Positions 57,873-64,000 of a stretch of DNA of 64,000 nucleotides are shown here, one piece after another. The notes beneath the pieces were generated by a model. The model did not search any database. It was not told where the DNA came from and saw only the letters and a program-made list of their open reading frames with translations. Each line of letters opens with the position of its first letter. Within the stretch, counting starts at the first letter, position 1. The stretch comes from the human T2T-CHM13v2.0 reference genome, Homo sapiens. The stretch lies in the NCBI RefSeq assembly GCF_009914755.1, contig NC_060938.1. One strand, given 5' to 3'. Both the position numbers and the translations under genes were made by a program.

Positions 57873-58340
57873 TGTGAAAGGAAAATAAAATCTCAGGACT
57901 CCAAACTCACTATGCCAAAATGAACCGTTGAGGTGGGAAGCTGAGTCATGAAAAAAAAAAAAAGTCATGCGTTTCCTTTTGTTTCCAAACTGATAGCAGC
58001 AGCAGATAGGCCAGGTCTACCCAGGTGGCCTCCCTCACCCTGAGAATATAAATTAACAGCTGGTCTTCATGACATGGGACAAAATGAGACAAGAAATCGT
58101 CCCTCCTACCCCTGAGACGAATGCATATTTGACTTCTTCCTCTACTCTGTTTATTTGCTTATAAAGTGTAGATTTAGTGAGCACAAGGCGAATGCGTAAT
58201 TGCTCCCTCCACCCCTCCTTTTCATGCAACGTGGGGGGCTCAGTGAGATGTAATCAAAGCCTCAGAAGAATGTGACCCTCCCCTCTTGCTTTTTTCTCTT
58301 TCATCTTTCCCCTCCTCCAGCTTTTCCCCCTTTCAATATT
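57873..58340 (+). mobile_element. MER4-group LTR fragment
   Basis: Starts TGTGAAAGGAAAATAAAATCTCAGGACTCCAAACTCACTATGCCAAA. Confidence 0.6.
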
Positions 58341-58724
58341 GAAGCAGGACGTATTGTGACTGCATCTGAGGTCAGGTGTGGGGTGGTCCATGTGGACAGT
58401 GAGGAAGGTGGTCCCTGCCCGTGGTGGTCCGGGTTTCCTGGGAGATGGCCAGACGTGGGTGCTGAGGGGAAGAGGCCGGTGCAGTCACTGGATGGTAGAG
58501 AGCATGTCCATTGTGCTGAGTGGGCTGGGAGGGATCCACAGAGAAGACAGTGTGGCTCAATAGCTAGCACCGGGGACGGGAACGTGGGTGAAGAGCCTGG
58601 CACACGGAGTAGCTCAAGGTGTGAGGTTGTGACCCGCCCAGGGAGCCTGTGCCTGAGTGTGCTGGGTGGGTGCTGGGGTTGCAAACATTCGTGTGCCTGT
58701 GAGGCCCGTGTGTGTATGTGTGTG

Positions 58725-58902
58725 TCACGTGTCCCCATGCATGGCAGGCATCGTCGCGTGTCCCCCATGCGTGGCAGGCATTGTTGTGTGGCCCCCACGC
58801 GTGGCAGGCATTGTTGTGTGGCCACTATGCATGGCAGGCATTGTCGTGTGTCCCCCGTGCGTGGCAGCATTGTCGCGTGGCCCCCGTTCGTGGCAGGCAT
58901 GT
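58725..58902. repeat. ~30-bp minisatellite, ~6 copies (GTGGCAGGCATTGTTGTGTGGCCCCCAC)
   Basis: Directly visible periodicity. Confidence 0.8.
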
Positions 58903-59612
58903 GCAGCCTGAGTACCATGCCAGACGGGGTGTTCTGTCTTCTCCAGGCCCGGCCCTGCCGTGTGAGCAGGGAGCTTCCCCATGGGACTGATGTTCTGTCT
59001 CCTCCAGGCCTGGCCCTGTCCTGCCATGTTAGCAGCGAGCTTGGCCATGGGAGTGGTGGGCACAGGCGTGGCTGTGCCGGGCCTCACTGGCTGGACTCGG
59101 TGGGGACACCATACCCCTTGCTGAGTGTGGGTAGCAGAGGGGTCGAGGTGCCTTCTGGGAGGTGGTCGGGCAGAGGCAGGGTTGGGAGTGTGTGGGGAGA
59201 TGGGTGTTCAGCTAGGCTCCTTCCCTGCGCAGGGGCTCAGCTGAAACCTGGGCTCTCACTCCCCTCACCCCTGCCTCCCCAGCATCCTCCCTCTGCCCGT
59301 CTCTTCAGCCTGCCTCGGACGCCGAGGTCACAGCCTCGCTCTGTCTCCTCACAAGGCCACGTGGTGGCAGGTCCTTCCTCCTGTCTAACCAGAGTCCTGC
59401 TTGCTGCTCTGCAAGCCCACTTGGGTCACGTGGGGCAGGGGCACCTGGAAGGGTGGGCTTCGTGGACTCAAGGGCCACCAATTCCTCCAGGTCAACATGC
59501 TCAGATGGTTCCATTCTCCCCCTTCCCTTGGCCACAGAGACCTCTGTATCCTGGGGTGACCACAAATGTCACAACACAAGAATCACACCAGGAACGTCAC
59601 ACCATGTCACAC

Positions 59613-60611
59613 TGGGGAAAAGAAAGATCAGACTGTTACTGTGCCTATGTAGAAAAGGAACACATAAGAAACTCCATTTTGATCTGTACAAAGAAAAATT
59701 GTTCTGCTTTGAGACGCTGTTAACCTGTAACTTTAGCCCCAACCCTGTGCTCACAGAAACCTGTGCTGCATGGAATCAAGGTTTAAGGGGTTTAGGGCTG
59801 CGCAGGACGTGCCTGGTTCACGATACGTTTGCAGGCAGTGTGCTTGGTAGAAGTCATCGCCATTCTCCATTCTCTGTTAACTAGGCACAGAATACGCTGC
59901 GGAAAGCTGAAGGGACCTCTGCCGGAGAAAGCCTAGGTATTGTCCCAGTTTCTCCTCACTGAGACAGCCTGAGATATGGCCTCATGGCAAGGGAAAGACC
60001 TGACTGTCCCCCAGCCTGACACCTGTAAAGGGTCTGTGCTGAGGAGGATTGGTAAAAGAGGAAGGCCTCTTTACGGTTGAGATAAGAAGAAGGCCTCTGT
60101 TTCCTGCACGTCCCTGGGAATGGAATGTCTGGGCTTTACACCCACCATTCATTCTATTCTGAGGTAGGAGAAAACCGCCCTAAGGCTGGAGACAAGATAT
60201 GCTAGCGGTGATACGGCTCTGTTACTCTTCACTACACTGAGATGTTTGGGTAAAGAGAAACATAAATCTAGTCTATGTGTACATCCCAGCACGGTACCTT
60301 CCCTGGGAGTTATTTATGATGCAGATTCCTTTACTCACATGTTTTCCTGCTGACCTTCTCCCCATCATCACCCTGTTCACGCTGTTCTCCTGCCGCACTC
60401 CCCGTATGGAGATAGTGAAAATAGTCATCAATAAATACTGAGGGAACCCAGAGACCGGTGCCGGTGCAGGTCCTCGCGTGCTGAGTGTGCCGGTCCCCTG
60501 GGCCCACTGTTCTTTCTCTGCACTTTGTCTCTGTGTCTTATTTCTTTTCTCAGTCTCGTGTTTCCACCTGATGAGAAATACCCACAGCTGTGGAGGGCGA
60601 GGCCCTCTTCA
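59613..60611 (+). mobile_element. HML-2 solo LTR (LTR5A/B-like) with 6-bp TSD TCACAC
   Basis: Homologous along its length to 3594-4597; TCACAC at 59607-59612 and 60612-60617. Confidence 0.92.
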
Positions 60612-61260
60612 TCACACCACATCACACTATGTCACACTAGGGATGTCACACATCACACCATTAACTCCTCATCACACTGGGGATGTCGTACCGGGTCACA
60701 GCCCATCATGCCACATCACACCGTGTCACACCGCATCACATCACAGCAAGGATGTGGCACCCTGACACAGCACGTCACAGGTCACATCATGTCACACCAC
60801 ACCTCATCACACCCCACACCACCACACCCGTCAAACGACATCATACCCCATTACCCCAAGGATGTTACGCCACATCACATCATGTCACACCATACCACAT
60901 AATCTCATACCGCATCATACCAGGGATGTCATACCCATCACACTCTGTCACACCACATCACATCATGTCCAACACCACCTCACACCAGGGACATTATACC
61001 ATGTCACAACACCTCACACCATGTCATACCACCTCACACCAGGGACATTACACCATGTCACAACACCTCACACCATGTCACACCACATCTCACCAGGGAT
61101 GTCACACTCGGTCACACCACATCACACTATGTCCAACCATGTAGTCCAACACCACATCACACAAAGGACATCACGCCACATCACACCACATCACACCAGG
61201 GATGTCACCCTGTCATAGGACATCACACCACATCACATGATGTCATGCTACATCACAGCA
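60612..61260. repeat. Degenerate (CACAC/CACAT) pentamer-like repeat, interrupted by the solo LTR (also 59560-59612)
   Basis: Recurrent TCACACCACA / CATGTCACA motifs. Confidence 0.8.
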
Positions 61261-62793
61261 TGGGCTGCTGGGGGCGTGCAGGGGCAGCCTTGCTGGAGAG
61301 TTGAGGGAGGGTCCTGGGGCTGGGCATGGTGTTCCCGCAGGAGGGCTGACCCTCTGGAGGATGCTCGGTCCCAGGTAGAAAGTGGGAGGTGGGCCCCGGG
61401 TGGCTCAGGGAGGGGCCCAATTTCCCCAGGGGAACCTGGTCCAGGCGCCAGGCCCTGCAGGGGCAGGAGCTGCAGGAAGCATCTGCTTCTTCCCAACTCA
61501 GCCTGCTCAGTGCACGGAATGACCCGGAGCCCGGCACCGTCCTGGGTTTCCTTTCCTTATCCTGGCCAGGCCGTCCATCCTCAGACAGTGGACTGGAGCC
61601 CACCCCACCAGGGCACCCGGAGGCCCGTAGGGCCCCTTGAAGGGCAGAGGGTGGAGAGCTGTCCAGCAGGGTCCCTGAGGGCTGGCACCTTCTCTGGACA
61701 AAGCTCTCCTGCATCTCTGGGACGCCATCCTTGGGCTTGGGATAGAGCCGGTGATGCAGCAGCTGCCCGCCCTGCACCCCAGGTGCTGTCTCCCTCACCC
61801 CCCGCAGGGCTGCAGCAGCGTGTCCTGAGAGTTAAAGGGCTGGGCTTCAGCACCCAGTTCAGGCCAGGCCCCCTGAAGCCCACCCTCCAGTGGCGAGCCC
61901 TCCCACGGCACGGCAGGGTCCGGGCTCTGGGGATTTCATCCCCAACTCTGTGTTTGGTGCAGCTCCAGGTGCTCGATGCCACACAAACGAATCCAACCAC
62001 TCCTCCTTCCTGGGTGAGATGGTCTCTCTCCTGCCACAGGCAACTCCGACGGCATTTTCCAGCCACCGCAGCCACCGCAGCCACTGCAGTAACAAGACCC
62101 TGTCCTTGACTGAGTTCCAGCCAGGCTCCTCGGAGCCTCGCCACTCGGCCTCAACCTTGGCTTGTAAAGACTTGAGCAGACACTAACAGTTTCTAACAGC
62201 TTCTGGCCGTACCCCTAGGCCGACCCCTGCCCCGTCAACACCTGCCTGAGAAAGCTCCGTGCACCAGAACTCACCGTTTGGACCAACCCCGACCTCCCTT
62301 TCTCAGGGTATCTGCTGAGAGGGCCGCAACCACACGACCTTCTGTCTGTTCCCGATGTCTGTGCATTTCCTGTGACCCAGGAGGGTCTTTCTCAAGACTT
62401 GAGAGCCGCTCCCTGAAGTGTCCCCATTGGGAAGGATGGGGCCTGTGTCTCCAGGCTCTGGGAGGACAGAATCCTGACCTCAACAGTGGCCGGCACGGAC
62501 ACAGCGGGTCCCATCCCGGGGACGCTGACCAGCGCTGGGAAACTTTTCCCTTCCCCGACGACTGAGCCCCGAGCACCCACCCTGCTCCCCCTACCACCTC
62601 CCTTTACAAGGCTGTGGCCTCTGCACAGATGAAGGTGAGTCCAGGTCATGCCGGACTCTTTCTTCTGTTGCAATAGTTATTTCTGTTGAGAATCCGTCCT
62701 TGCTACATGACCTAGTGCCCAGGGGGATGCTGAGACAGATGAATGTATTCTGCATGTGAGAAGAACATGAATTTTGGGGGCCAGAGTCTGGAC

Positions 62794-63135
62794 TGTGATG
62801 GGTTAAATCGTGGCCCCTACAAATTCATATATTCAAGTCTTAATTCCTGGCCTCACAATGTGACTATTTGGAGATGGGGTCTTTACAGAGGTCATTAAGT
62901 TCATAGGGGGTCACTATTCTAATCCGATGTGTGTTCTTATAAGAAGAGAAGCTTAGGACACGGGCACACAGAGGTATGGCCATGTGAGGACCAGGGAGGA
63001 GACGGTGTCTACAAGCCAAGGAGAGAGGGCTTGAGAGAAACCAGCCCTGCCTGCATCCTGATCTCAGATTCCTGGTCTCTAGGCCTGGGAGGATCCATGT
63101 CTGCCGTGGGAGCCGCCCCGCTGTGGTCCTGAGCT
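62794..63135 (+). mobile_element. MLT1-like LTR
   Basis: TGTGATGGGTTAAAT...AATGTGACTATTTGGAGATGGGGTCTTTACAGAGG...TACAAGCCAAGGAGAGAGG. Confidence 0.75.
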
Positions 63136-63524
63136 GACTCACACAGATCTGACACCCACCTCTCGCTTCGGACCATGGTTGGTTCTGGAAGGCCCTCCCT
63201 GTGGCTCTGCCTGGCCAGCCTGAGCCAGCTCCCAGCCTCGACCCAGCTTTCCCTGGAGGCCCTGTCCCCCGCAGAGTGACCAGGGCAGGCAGCACCGTGC
63301 CCAGCAGGAGGAGAAACTGCATCCATGTAGAAAAGAGGAGAAGCCCCAGGGGTCCATGTAGTGACAGGGGCCAGGGAGGGTCGCTCGGGCAATGCGTGTG
63401 GCTGCAGGAGGCGGGGGGCGAGTGCAGGGAGCCCCCGAGGTGCAGCTGGACCAGCCTCCTCCTGACCGTGCTTCCCACCGGGGGCAGGAGGCGCGTGGAC
63501 ACAGGAAGGCGGCTCCCATCACGA

Positions 63525-64000
63525 AGTACAAGACTTAAAAAGGATATTTTATTGTCATCACAAAAGAAACATCAAAGACAATTAATGAGCTTTAGAAAAT
63601 TTAAAAGAAGAAGAAAAGCTACCAAAGCTGAAATGGTGGCACCTCCTTCGAGTGAGCCCGGGAGTCCTCCCTGACGGCCGAGGCAGGCTCTGGCCGCACT
63701 CCCGCTCGAGTCTCCCTTCCTGTCTGCAGATTCTGCGTGACAGTCACGGAACGGCGTGATGGGGGCAGCAGAGCGTGGGGGCCTCTGTCCAGCACTCGTG
63801 GCCAGCAGCCCCGCTTTCGCAAGAACACGGGCACCCTCTTTGTCGTCTTGCCTCTCCACCTGGTGCCCCCAGAGTGGCTGCTTGTTCCTGCTGCACGTGA
63901 CCCGGGACTGGACGCCAGCCTCTGTGATGAGTTCTGGCTGTGTCCACGCTCCTGGCTCTCCCGGTGTCCCTCCACCTCTCTCCCCGATGCTCCTGGGCCT
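63525..64000 (-). other. IGHG1: 3'UTR end of the IgG membrane (M2) exon, poly(A) signal at 63548-63553
   Basis: AATAAA on the minus strand in an AT-rich terminus resembling the recalled membrane-IgG mRNA end. IGHG1 identity inferred from locus order gamma1-psi-epsilon-alpha1; no coding exon lies in the window. Confidence 0.7.

Noticed and set aside
58272-59723. 483-aa ORF
   Set aside because: Runs through an LTR fragment, a 30-bp minisatellite and into LTR5; no coding signature.

Overview
Human (hominoid) immunoglobulin heavy-chain constant locus (14q32.33), transcribed on the minus strand. From left to right: an ELK1 processed pseudogene (ELK2AP) fused to a truncated HERV-K(HML-2) provirus with an LTR5; Alus; a GC/CpG-rich block; the 3' regulatory region of the alpha-1 block (HS4, HS1.2 inside a large near-perfect inverted repeat, HS3, a 20-bp tandem array); the complete IGHA1 gene (CH1, hinge-CH2, CH3-S, membrane exon); S-alpha1 and the I-alpha1 promoter; a 33-bp VNTR inside an MLT1 LTR; the truncated IGHEP1 pseudogene (S-epsilon joined into CH3, with I-epsilon promoter, CH4, M1 and M2 retained); nested LTR, L1 and MER repeats; a solo LTR5; and the 3' end of an IgG membrane transcript (IGHG1 by locus order). 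This is a well-studied eukaryotic locus with no CRISPR or prokaryotic system, and nearly all long ORFs in the track are GC or low-complexity artefacts. The least expected signals are an HML-2 env deletion whose ends fall at splice sites, nested or inverted architecture around HS1.2 and HS4, higher-order structure in the MLT1-derived VNTR, and the intact remainder of IGHEP1. All family assignments come from recalled consensus sequences; no alignments were run.
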